A DNA stretch of 63,961 bases, the filler included, from Thelocarpon superellum (Eukaryota), in the NCBI GenBank assembly GCA_026025795.1. It is 7 parts of 7 records of this genome, joined end to end, with 100 filler letters (N's around TTAATTAATTAA, not from the genome) between each part and the next. Parts side by side here need not be neighbours in the genome. Positions count along the whole stretch, not along the records: positions 19,884 to 29,711 come from JAPEUG010000552.1; positions 29,812 to 39,633 come from JAPEUG010000553.1; 5 more parts are not named here. The stretch is one strand, 5' to 3'. Under the pieces are notes generated by a model. It saw only the letters and a list, made by a program, of their open reading frames with translations. It was not told where the DNA came from and searched no databases. A program made the translations under genes and the position numbers. This document shows, piece after piece, positions 26,628 through 36,432 of this stretch (its first letter is position 1; each line of letters starts with the position of its first letter).

Positions 26628-27377
26628 CGCCTCTGTATGATTCATCCTACCTAGGCCTTGCGTAGGGAGACACGCTCCAGTGTGCCTACAGCAACGTCCG
26701 TCCTTGCTTCCCATGACACCAGTCACTCTTGGCTCCAAGCGGTCAAGCAGTCATCGCGTCTCCTTCGCTTCCCATTTGTTCTAGGACCGCATCCCGGTTA
26801 TCCGGCACGGACCCTTAGACCCTTGCACGTCCATCTTGCCACGCGCCCGGGTTTGGAACCCTTGTCAACGACAAGCGACGCTCTGGTCCGCGTTTCTGCC
26901 AAGACTGAAGGTCGACGGAGGCCGACGAGCATGAATCGTCCGCCGTGTGTGTCTTGCCACCTACTACCACAGGGAGCTGGTGTCGCCCGGGCAAGGCTGG
27001 CCAGAGCTGGCCAGAGCTGGCCAGATCCGGGTCCAAAGTTAGTTCTAGGTGCATCGATAGCGTAATTGTCTGCCCAATGCGGCAACGCAGGTCCTAGCAC
27101 CCTGGCCGGACATCAACAAGGCTCCACGCAAGAGCCTCCCGCCTTACGATATGAGTATCTCGTACATACAGTAGCGTGAGCAGCTAAATCCTCTCGCCAG
27201 ACCCACATGGCTCTCCGCGGGCTCGTGTTCTCTTCAGGGCCCATCTTTCTTAAGTCGATGGGAGCACAGCCTGGTACGCAGGGGAGAAAGTCTCCGATTG
27301 GCCCTGGACGAACGATTGAACCTCTGACCACCTTGGTCAGCGCGCTCTGTGAAATGCGGTGCCCGGCCGTGGAGAGA

Positions 27378-27383
27378 TATAAA
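27378..27383 (+). promoter_or_regulatory. Candidate TATA box of the GPI-anchored protein gene
   Basis: TATAAA 110 nt upstream of the ATG at 27488. Confidence 0.5.
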
Positions 27384-27487
27384 GGGACGGGCGTTCGTGG
27401 CCGCGGCCTTCCCCACAACGCCCGTTTCTGATCTCCCACTACTCTTGCCAAAGAAGCTCCCCTTGAGCCAAGGCTTGATCCATCAAG

Positions 27488-28412
27488 ATGTATCTCCATC
27501 AGTTGACACCGTCCGTCATCTTGCTCCTGTCCCTCAAGTATGGTGCCAAGGCGCAGGACTTCTCCTTCATCCCGCCCGAAGCCGGCGAGGTTGCAAACTT
27601 CAACATGCAGCTCTTCAACGATTGTCTGGGTGTCGCCCAACGACCTCAATGCCACCCATTCGTGGATCATCCAGGTACGCGGTCTTCCCTCCCGGGCGAA
27701 CGTGTTGGTGGTAGCGCTAACTGGACCAGTCTGCATCAAGAACCTCTGCACCAACTGCAAGACATATTCCAAGATCATTGCGAACTGCTGCAGCACCGGC
27801 GACCCCGCCTCTTGCCTCGACGCTCAGGCCGGCGTGGCGGACAGTGGGAGTAGCGCGAGCAGCTCGAGCACGGAGAGCGGAGGCGACAGTGGAGACGGTG
27901 GCTCAGCCCCTACGGCGACAGGCGGTAGTTCCGTACTGATTGCGGCAACCGCATCAGGTAGCAGCCCTTCTTCGGCTGCCCCATCCTTGGTCAGTCCCAT
28001 CCTATCCAGGCGTGTTGAGCTATCGAAACGTGGAGCGATACTCACAGCTATGACGGATGACAGCCCAGCGATTCTTCTGCTCCATCGTCGCCCGCTTCCG
28101 CACCGCCATCCTCGCCGAGTAGCGGCTCATCTGCCCCTTCATCCTCGACGACCCCGTCCGCACCAACGACCACCTTGGCCTCGACCTCCTCGTCCAGCAC
28201 GACCCCGTCCACGTCGACCACGATTTCGACCTCCTCTTCCGGAACGCCCAAAATCAACGAGGCTAGCTCCGCCAGCTTGTCGTGGTCCAAGGTATGTGAC
28301 GCCGTCACTGCGCCTCAGGCAGTTCAACCGCGGTACCAAGTACGCAGAAGGCTGACGCAAGTCAAAGATGATTTTCATCACCACTCTATCGCTCCTATAT
28401 GCCACGCTGTGA
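27488..28412 (+). CDS. Putative GPI-anchored cell-surface protein: signal peptide, 8-Cys domain, Ser/Thr stalk, hydrophobic tail; introns 27675-27729, 27990-28063, 28292-28367
   Basis: Splicing gives ..DCLGVAQRPQCHPFVDHPVCIKNLCTNCKTYSKIIANCCSTGDPASCL.., a long S/T/P tract, then NEASSASLSWSK-MIFITTLSLLYATL*. Confidence 0.75.
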
Positions 28413-28612
28413 AACGGATGGTCAGGTGATAATGGTGACATGTCATTCTTTCTCCTTGGACCAACGAACAGCTGTACATGTCTCACGTGGTTGGGTTTGG
28501 TTTTGGGACTGTCCGCATACATACAGGCTTTCGCGCACACAGGAATAGACATCGACAAAAATGGTGACGGAAGCTTCTAAATATTCCCAATTTAGGACGT
28601 GAATAGGCCCCC

Positions 28613-29597
28613 TCAAACACGTAGCCCACCGTCCGCGCCGCCCCTCAACCACGTCGTGACCCACTTCTGCGCGATGCGCGCCGCAGCGGCGCCTTCGCCC
28701 CCAAAATACGGATCGGTATTGACATTTCGATTGGGATCATAGGTGTATCCAGCCACGGATCCAAGCACGGAGATGACCTGCTGATAGAAATTGTATCCCT
28801 GAGATGGGCCGGCTTCGGCCGTCCACGTGCTGTCATAGAAGGCGGCGATGTACTTGTTCGTCTTGTCGGAGATGAAGACGTTGACGTGCGCGCCTGTTTT
28901 GCCCGACTGAAGCGCGCTGACGGATCCCACCTCGGCCCAGTCCCAACGGATCTCAAAGTACGCACCCGCGAGGAACGAGACCCCTTGGATGGTCTGTTGC
29001 GCGGGGAGGTAGCCCTTGATCCCCGTAACCCACTTGCCGGCCGACGCGGCGGGGAAGCGGTTCTGCACTACCTTTTTCGCGCCGGACAATCACGCGCTGA
29101 TGCCGAAGAGCGAGATGGCGTCACGTATGGGGTATGGTGTCGTTGTGAAGATCTCGCGCCGGAGCTGCATTGAGGGTCAGTGTCACGGTTTTCTTGTCGG
29201 AGACTAGGGCCGGACGGACCAACGTCTCTGTATCTCCTAGGTCTCGCGCGTCGAGGGCGTGGCCATCCGCCACGTCGGGATCGCGACGGTCGTGGCGGCC
29301 GGCTCCGCCTCCCGGCGCCACTGTTGGCCCAGGGGTGGGAGGTTGAGGCGGAGTGGTAGCGGGCGGAGTCGGATCACTCGCCCACGTGGGATTGAGGTAG
29401 CCACAGTAATAATCGAAGGTGTCGTCCGCCAGCTTCACGCATTCGCAATCCGAATCTGCAATGTCGCAAGGCGTCCATTGCGCTCCTTTGCAAAATGGGG
29501 GAGAGTAGCTGGCGGGAACCCATTCATACGGGCTGGGAAGCGCCGACGATGTCCAGACAGAGGCTAGGAAGACGGCAGGGAAATAGATTGGACGCAT
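28613..29597 (-). pseudogene. Secreted pre-pro-protein gene with one in-frame TGA (29092-29090); pseudogene or recoded gene; intron 29165-29219
   Basis: Signal peptide MRPIYFPAVFLASVWTSSA, 5-Cys module, Pro linker. The intron (GTCCGT..CTGAC..CAG) places LRREIFTTTPYPIRDAISLFGISA*LSGAKK in frame with the 158-codon ORF 28613-29089. Confidence 0.6.
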
Positions 29598-29711
29598 TTT
29601 GCTTCCTTTGCGAGCTCTGAGGAGCACGAGGACGAAGATGGGAAGAGTGTGCAGCAGCGAGGTCGATGATCCGCAGGCCGCGAATCGGCGGTGGCATCAT
29701 CACCTCTGTTT

Positions 29712-29811
29712 NNNNNNNNNNNNNNNNNNNNNNNNNNNNNNNNNNNNNNNNNNNNTTAATTAATTAANNNNNNNNNNNNNNNNNNNNNNNNNNNNNNNNN
29801 NNNNNNNNNNN
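29712..29811. other. Artificial contig linker
   Basis: N44-TTAATTAATTAA-N44. Confidence 0.99.
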
Positions 29812-29980
29812 GCTTGGACGCGTCAATGTCGATCGCGACAACAATAACAACAAAACTCGGAGGAGAAGCGAGGTGGGTCGGGGGACAAATACGAACAGGC
29901 GAGAGTGGTGCGCGCGAGGTGGAGGTGGTGAAGAAGACTGTCGGCGACGAGGCGTGGTGGTGGCGGGCGCGACTCGTGAC

Positions 29981-30032
29981 GGTGGTGGTGGTGGAGGTGG
30001 TGGTGGAGGTGGTGGTGGAGGTGGTGGTGGTG
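29981..30032. repeat. (GGT/GGA)n microsatellite
   Basis: Run of ggtggtggtggtggaggtggtggtggaggt... Confidence 0.9.
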
Positions 30033-30419
30033 CGGCTAGACAGTGGACGAGTAGGGTGTGAGTCGGAGTGTTTTGAAGATCGAAGGGGGACGATGCAGAT
30101 GCGCGTCAGCGTACCTACAAGTAATCGGACTAGCCCTCGGCGGCAGCGGTGCGAGGCGAGTGGTGTGGTGCGGCAAGGTACGGTGTGGTGGTGTAGCTCT
30201 CGTAGAGGACCGAGTATGGGTGGTGCCAAGGGTGCAAATTCTCCTCCGGCCAGTCCCAGGCTCCACTCACTTCAGCCGCCACCACTTCCAGAACGACTAC
30301 AAGTACGGTACTCGATTTCTTGCTTGTACGGTGTGTTACTCGTGGTGATCCTCTGGTCCCCCTCTGCAGGCCCCCCAGGGTCATGTGCTTCGTGTTTTGC
30401 CCGCCGCTCGCCTCTGCCT

Positions 30420-30486
30420 GGTGCGTATGGTACGGTATGGTGCGTATGGTACGGTATGGTGCACCGTACCGTACACCGTACCGTAC
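30420..30486. repeat. 19-bp tandem duplication merging into an imperfect palindrome
   Basis: GGTGCGTATGGTACGGTAT x2, then CACCGTACCGTA x2. A 26-bp palindrome (30449-30474, one mismatch) is centred on GTGCAC. Confidence 0.8.
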
Positions 30487-30597
30487 TGATGAAGGAGTCA
30501 TCATCGCACCGTTTGTTTGGAATGAAAGCGCCAACCCTTCCTTTTCGGGATGGCGTAAACTCTAAACGTCCGGGCATTCCCTGCGCCTTTCTCTTAT

Positions 30598-30687
30598 TGT
30601 AGGGGCGCGCACGTGATCTGGTCACGTGCCCACTCCTATCACTATCCCGACTACGCGTAGATTAACAATTCAGCTCTGAATCCTACA
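30598..30687 (+). mobile_element. 90-bp dispersed element, copy 2
   Basis: Perfect 6-bp terminal inverted repeat TGTAGG...CCTACA; flanks TTAT and TCAT (4-bp duplication with one transition). Near-identical to 26537-26627. Confidence 0.8.
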
Positions 30688-30824
30688 TCATCAACATAAC
30701 ATCAGTATCAGTATCAACCATGCCCCAGGTACATGTCTAGGCACACCAGCTCAACGATCAGCACCATGTGGCCGTAGCCTAGAGCCTGTAGTAAACCATC
30801 ACCCCCTATCTACACAAACACCCA

Positions 30825-33488
30825 TCACCATCCTCCCTCTTCCAAGACAAACAACCCATTCTTCTTCTTCTCTAGCGCCCATCGCTCGAACCAGGCCTTC
30901 ATCTTCTCGCGACTCTTGGCGCTCCCGACGTTGACGGTGGGGATGATCTTGTCGATCCTCAGCGCGCAACAGAACATGGTCAACTCGCGGAAGCTGCTGT
31001 GTTCGCTGTAGGGCACGCCAAAACAACTAGCCTGTCGGCTGCTGCCGCGCTGAGGGACGAGGTCCGCCATCGAGTAGTTGGACCGCCAGTTGCTGGACCG
31101 CAGCACCGTGGACACGGCCGGGGACTCCACGAAGCGGCTGTTGGGAGGCTTGTAGTTCCATCCCGACGGTCGGAAGCCCACCACGCGCGAGAAGTGTGGC
31201 TTGTAGGCGTTCAAGTAGTCCTGTAACGTCTCGGCGCGGATCTCAAAGAGTGGCGTCATGTGCACCTGCGCCTCGTGTGGATTCGACGTCAAGCGTGCGT
31301 TGAGCTCCGCGTCCTTCAGACACGCGCAGATGCGTTGCTTGCCCGGTGGCGCAAAGATCTTGCTCTCGAGCGCCTTGGCGATCCCAAGGCAGATTCGTTC
31401 CTTGCCGATGCTGTACGTCCCCACTACCACCAGGAGTCGACCTCGGCTCTTCTCCCCCGCCGTCTCCTCCACCCCTCCTTTGATCGGCGCTCCAGCAGTC
31501 ACGAACTTCGTCATGCCACTGCCGGCCCGCTCGCGTTTCGTCGTCTCCCATGCATCGTTCTCGTCTGTCCGCTCCTTCTTCAGACTGACACACATGTCGG
31601 CGCAGGCGCGGATGACCTCTTCCTGCGCGGGAAAGGCGTATCGTGGATTCAGATAGGTCGTGTCCAGGTAGCACACATCGATCTTCTGCCGCCCAGCGCT
31701 CTTGCCCGTGACCACATCCATCACGTCTGGCCGTAACAAAGCGTGCTCGAGATGTGCGGGGCAGGCTCGGAAGTCGCCACAGTGCAGCACCCGCTGGACC
31801 TTGGGATGGGCCCCTCTGCCCACTACCTTCTCAAACATGAACAGCGAGCTTCCGGGGCAGTGGTTCGCGGGAATCATCGTGACCTCCACTCCCTTGGTAC
31901 CGGGGACCTCCATCTTCTTCTCGAACTCTAGATCAACCACGTACTTGGGATTGACCCGGAGCTGTTGTCGCACCAAGTTCGCCGTCACATGGCTGCAGTA
32001 GATGGGACCATGTTGCCAGGACGAGGTCAAGCCCACGTAGTGGTCGCTGTGGAAATGGCTTAGGAAGTAGGCGTGACATCCCTCGACGGCTCCATATCGG
32101 AAGGCGTCTACACAAATGTAGAAGCCTGGCAGAATCTTGTAGAATGGGCACATCCGCTGGTACGCGGGCTTGCCGCGAGCCGCCTGCTCCGCGGCTGCGG
32201 CGGTGGCCCATGCGGCGTCCTCGGCATGAGACGACATGAGCCTGGAAAAGGCCGAAGAGGATGATTCTTTGTGGGCGGTGAAGGTGAAGGGATTGCTTTG
32301 TCCGGGCTTGGCCGGCCTCGAGAGCCGTTGAAATCGATTTGGTGAAGGCGTTCGCGGGATGTCGGACGTGCTGATCTGCCGGCTTGCCGGAATGGGGATG
32401 GGGTTGCCATCCAGACAGTGGTTGACATGGAGCTGCGCATCCGCGTCTGAGATCCCGCCAAGGCTGGCGTTGCAGATGGGACAGCACGTAGTCTGTTCTT
32501 CGGGAGGAGGCCCGTCTACCTTGGCCCCTCCTGCCATCTTCTCTCCACCGACCCATCCATCGCCCTCGACATCACCGTCCACATCGTCGACGAAGCCATT
32601 CTCCGCGAGCTCAAGCCTTCGCTGTTCTGCCATCCATCGCCGTTCCATGAACTCCTCTCCATCGGCGAACTCGTCATCTCCAAAGTCATCAACATCGTCA
32701 AAGAGATCGCCCCCGCCTGTACTGGTTTCCTCCCACTTGAGCGTTGGGCGTTGCACCGGTGTCTCATGGGCGATGCCATCGCCAAGGTTCCTTTTGTCTT
32801 CTCCCTCGACCTCGGACGCCTTTCCATCGTGCGACTCAATGTCGCTGGTGCGAGCGGGACTGCCGGGTCGAGCGGGAGCAATCTTTGGTGACACGGGTCC
32901 CGCCGTTGAAACTGGCGCCGCGTCGAAAGAAACCTTCCGACGCTTTCCAGCCCGTACGTCATGGCTGTAGGTTCCGTTTGCACTCAGTCCGTTGCCGTTC
33001 ACTGACACGCTGTCCTCCCACTTTCCATCGTCCAGGAGTACGTCAGGCGTGGGCGATCTCGGCCGCGGAGGACTCGGAACTGTCGCGCCACCAATGAAGA
33101 GGCTCTCGGGGTCATCTTCATCATCGACCCCACTGCTTTCGTGTCCATTCAGAGGTTCGTTGGGAGCCGGGATGGGACTACTCCCCCCACCATTCTCCGC
33201 CGAGGATCCAACTTTCTTGAAGAAGTTCAAGATGTTCCCATTATTAGATTTATTGATAGACCGAGGCCCATTCCGATTCATCATCGTGTCTGGTCTGGGC
33301 CGTAGCGCCTTCGAATGCATCGTCGGCGAGTCCATTGTCTCAGACGGGATGGGAGTAGGGCCTTGACCCGGTGGGGGTGGCGTTGGGGGTCGACCTGTGA
33401 CGACAGATGGGAGACTGGGCGAGATTGGAGCTGTCGACGAGGTGGAGGTTGACGAGACGTCATGACCAGTCCGTGGCTTCCGGAACAT
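30825..33488 (-). CDS. PSO2: DNA interstrand cross-link repair nuclease Pso2/Snm1 (UBZ zinc finger + MBL/beta-CASP)
   Basis: CPIC..LHVNHC, CPFYKIL, FLSHFHSDHY, PANHCPGS, LHCGDFR, YLDTTY, VGTYSIGKE, VPYSEHSSF, IIPTVN. Uninterrupted ORF. Confidence 0.96.
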   Translation of the reverse strand: MFRKPRTGHDVSSTSTSSTAPISPSLPSVVTGRPPTPPPPGQGPTPIPSETMDSPTMHSKALRPRPDTMMNRNGPRSINKSNNGNILNFFKKVGSSAENGGGSSPIPAPNEPLNGHESSGVDDEDDPESLFIGGATVPSPPRPRSPTPDVLLDDGKWEDSVSVNGNGLSANGTYSHDVRAGKRRKVSFDAAPVSTAGPVSPKIAPARPGSPARTSDIESHDGKASEVEGEDKRNLGDGIAHETPVQRPTLKWEETSTGGGDLFDDVDDFGDDEFADGEEFMERRWMAEQRRLELAENGFVDDVDGDVEGDGWVGGEKMAGGAKVDGPPPEEQTTCCPICNASLGGISDADAQLHVNHCLDGNPIPIPASRQISTSDIPRTPSPNRFQRLSRPAKPGQSNPFTFTAHKESSSSAFSRLMSSHAEDAAWATAAAAEQAARGKPAYQRMCPFYKILPGFYICVDAFRYGAVEGCHAYFLSHFHSDHYVGLTSSWQHGPIYCSHVTANLVRQQLRVNPKYVVDLEFEKKMEVPGTKGVEVTMIPANHCPGSSLFMFEKVVGRGAHPKVQRVLHCGDFRACPAHLEHALLRPDVMDVVTGKSAGRQKIDVCYLDTTYLNPRYAFPAQEEVIRACADMCVSLKKERTDENDAWETTKRERAGSGMTKFVTAGAPIKGGVEETAGEKSRGRLLVVVGTYSIGKERICLGIAKALESKIFAPPGKQRICACLKDAELNARLTSNPHEAQVHMTPLFEIRAETLQDYLNAYKPHFSRVVGFRPSGWNYKPPNSRFVESPAVSTVLRSSNWRSNYSMADLVPQRGSSRQASCFGVPYSEHSSFRELTMFCCALRIDKIIPTVNVGSAKSREKMKAWFERWALEKKKNGLFVLEEGGW

Positions 33489-34414
33489 GACCACTGTACA
33501 ACTTCACAACGGACTCAGTCGTCGGCCAAAGCCACTTGCAGGCGGATAGGGAGGGACGAAAAGCATGGTGTCTCCGAATAATCATCTGGTCGTCTTCCTC
33601 AACTCCACCAAGAGGGCGTCATCTTCTCGGCAACTTCCGGCGTCAGGAACGATCAATGCTGCTTCTGATTTGGCATCCAACGTCTGGATGGAGAGCTACT
33701 CCTGCACATAATGCCCCTTGAACTTACGCCCTGAGGGTTGCATTGACATCGCCGAGGTCATGCTGACCGACTCGTCATGGTCAATTCACTCTGGGCCACG
33801 TCCTGGAGAAGTTTCGGACTGAATGAAACATCCTCACCATCGTTGGCTCTATATTGCCGACTCCTTCAGGCTATTGGGTGACCAGATACCGCCTCACACG
33901 ACCTCGGCGTTGTGCGAAACCAGAATATATTTGCGCACAGCTCCTGCCTACCTATACCATGCAAGTGAATGCGATGTTTGCACGACATGAATGATGGGGA
34001 ATGACAAATCCATGCATGTCTGGACCAGGATACCTGGGCTACGTGTTACGAATGCCTCTCCGGCCTTGTCATCGACTTGCTCGACGGCTTCACTTCTGCA
34101 TCGGTCCGTGCTGACTCGTTGCCTATGACGGCCTGCACCGCGACCACCGTGAATAGCACGGCGTCGCTCATGTATGGGAACCATGCCGACCTCGATTCCG
34201 TTTGCGAAGCCATCCAGCCTCTCAAGACAATCCTGTCTTTGGGAGACGGGGGTCATGAGCGGAAACGTTCGAGCGTTGCCGGCGTAGGCAGGCCATCCGT
34301 GGGTGTATGAACACGCTGTAAATGCTCCCCGTTTCACTCGCACTCATTCCCGAGGCCTGGAGCATGACCGCGGGATTCATCCGGACCGACCAGTGGCAAG
34401 ACGACCCGACGTCG

Positions 34415-35104
34415 TCAATCCGGCGGGCTAGCAGGTCGTGTCAGTCCCCTGGTGACGAAAAGGGAACGTGGATATCCGTGGGAGACGTACCAGCGGATAC
34501 CGTCATTATCGGGAGAGATCTTGTGGTCCATCTGGTAACCCCATGATCCGCCCCAGTCAGAGGTCGTGAGCGCCGACTGCCTTTTACATTTGTTGTAGAG
34601 ATTCTGGAAGCTATGGAAGCGTGTGAAATCAGCGTCCCATCGTCTCGCATCTCTCATCTCTCAACTCTCATGCCCCCCGGTCGGTGGTATGTGGAGCGGC
34701 CATGTCATGTAGGGACAAGTCACTCACGGATCCCAGAGCTCCGCCACCGTCGCCGACGAGCGATTACACCAGTTCTGCCAAAACGAGGCCAGGCAGTTGC
34801 CAGACTGCGCGTTGAATTGTCGGCCATCGAGCATCACCACCTGGCCATCCTGGCTGTCATCGGGCAACCTTCCCCACCCGGGCGACATTTGATCGAGGAC
34901 GCCGAGCGCGGCACCGAGGCAGGTGCTGGGATCGCAGGCCGCACGAAGGCACTGGGTAGTCGGCTTAGACGGATCCACCATTGTGGACGCCGGTCTGTCG
35001 TCTATCCCCACCATGGTGCCATTCTTCAGGGGGTAGGCAACCAGGCCGAACCCCCCGGCCGATGAGAGCAAGGCAAAGAGGCCGAGGGACAGAATCCGCA
35101 GCAT
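34415..35104 (-). CDS. Small secreted Cys-containing protein; introns 34611-34727 and (in frame) 34428-34490
   Basis: Signal peptide MLRILSLGLFALLSSAGG. The GTGAGT..CTGAT..TAG intron joins ..AELWDP to FQNLYNKCKRQ..; 6-7 Cys depending on the second intron. Confidence 0.7.
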
Positions 35105-35977
35105 CGCGAATCAAGGACCGTCAAGTGTGAGACATGCTCTGGAAGACGTGGGGACGGTCATGTCTGACGCATGGTCTGGAAGATGAAACGACCGTTGAAT
35201 GTGTGACGAGATCAGGAAGATGCAATGACCGTTCGCACGGCACACGATCTGAGAGACCAACGTAAAGACGGCACCGTCGGACGGAGCGGGATGCCATCCT
35301 CGAGAGAGGCATTGATGGTATGGCATGTGGCGAAATACCTCCCACGCGGGTGGTTCAGGGCCCAAAGGTGAGTCCAATAATGTCTCATCTACTTTGCTTC
35401 GAGCGCAAGCTATCCTCGTACTACGGATAGTAGAGGAAGCTTGGGCGCTCCGTGGGGGCCGGTGAGATGGTGCCTGTCGAGGATGGAGATAAGAAGAGGT
35501 TGGGTGAAGTGTCAAAGCGATGCTGTATGTCTCGCTTGGCCGCCTACCTCCCGCACTCTTACTCGTACTCGACGCGCGACATATAATTGGCCCGAACGAA
35601 TTCTAATAATCCTTCCGAAGGGTTGAAGTAGGATATACTAGGACTCCTAGGTCGGATTACGTAAACAACGACGGTGTGGGACTGCATAAGGAGGAGCCCA
35701 CAATGCCCGTTGCATGTGACGGCATACATGGGGCAAAGATTTCATATTCATCCTCGACTCTTGCGAGCATTTCTCCGTCCTCCGTGGCCGTGGACCAAAT
35801 CTCCGTCAGTGACTCCAGTGGCGCCAGTGCAAACAAATTGGCGTCCGTGGATCTGATGTCCTCCAACGGGGTGAAGCATCTGGATCGACGCCGAGGCTTT
35901 ATCCTCGCATCCGAGACGCGGACGGTCCACGCACGAAACCCTCCCCTCGATGCTTTCGTCCCCTGCTCCGAGGGTGG

Positions 35978-36432
35978 CTAGTTTGGATCTCCGCTATCGT
36001 AGCCACAATGCCAGGTCGTCGCGCACTGGCACTTGTCCGCATTATCGCAGGCTTCGGGCACGCCGGTGGTGGGCGCGTCCTTTTTGGGGTGCATGATGTA
36101 AAAGTAGGGCTCGCACTCGCGATACTTCCGACAATCTTGCGTGGTGGCATTGTCCGGATGGCCTCGATACCAGTCCTGCTCCCACTCGCCGCAGTAGACC
36201 TTGTTTATGCATTCGATGTTGGAATCACCAAAATCCGACGCATTGACCTCCAGCGCCACGGCTCGCGTCACGCTCTGGGTCATGAGGAGACAGAACATGA
36301 AGTCTGCACCGAGATGCGCCCATCTGGTCAGTCGAACGGGTCTCTCTCAAGCTTGCCGTTACCGGCAGATGGCGGCAGATCTAGTCAACCACGCAGGTAC
36401 ATACCAAGTCCTGACACGCCGAGAAACTTCAT
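35978..36432 (-). CDS. Small secreted 8-Cys protein, about 117 aa; intron 36304-36404
   Basis: Exon 1 MKFLGVSGL splices (GTATGT..CTGAC..CAG) in frame to DFMFCLLMTQSVTRAVALE..; mature part has 8 Cys. Confidence 0.72.

Noticed and set aside
29814..30602. 262-aa ORF with VVVEVVV runs
   Set aside because: Product of the GGT microsatellite and low-complexity non-coding DNA.
26537..30687. The two mini-element copies as the paired LTRs of one 4-kb retroelement
   Set aside because: A contig linker separates them, each has its own flanking duplication, and the DNA between encodes secreted proteins rather than gag-pol.
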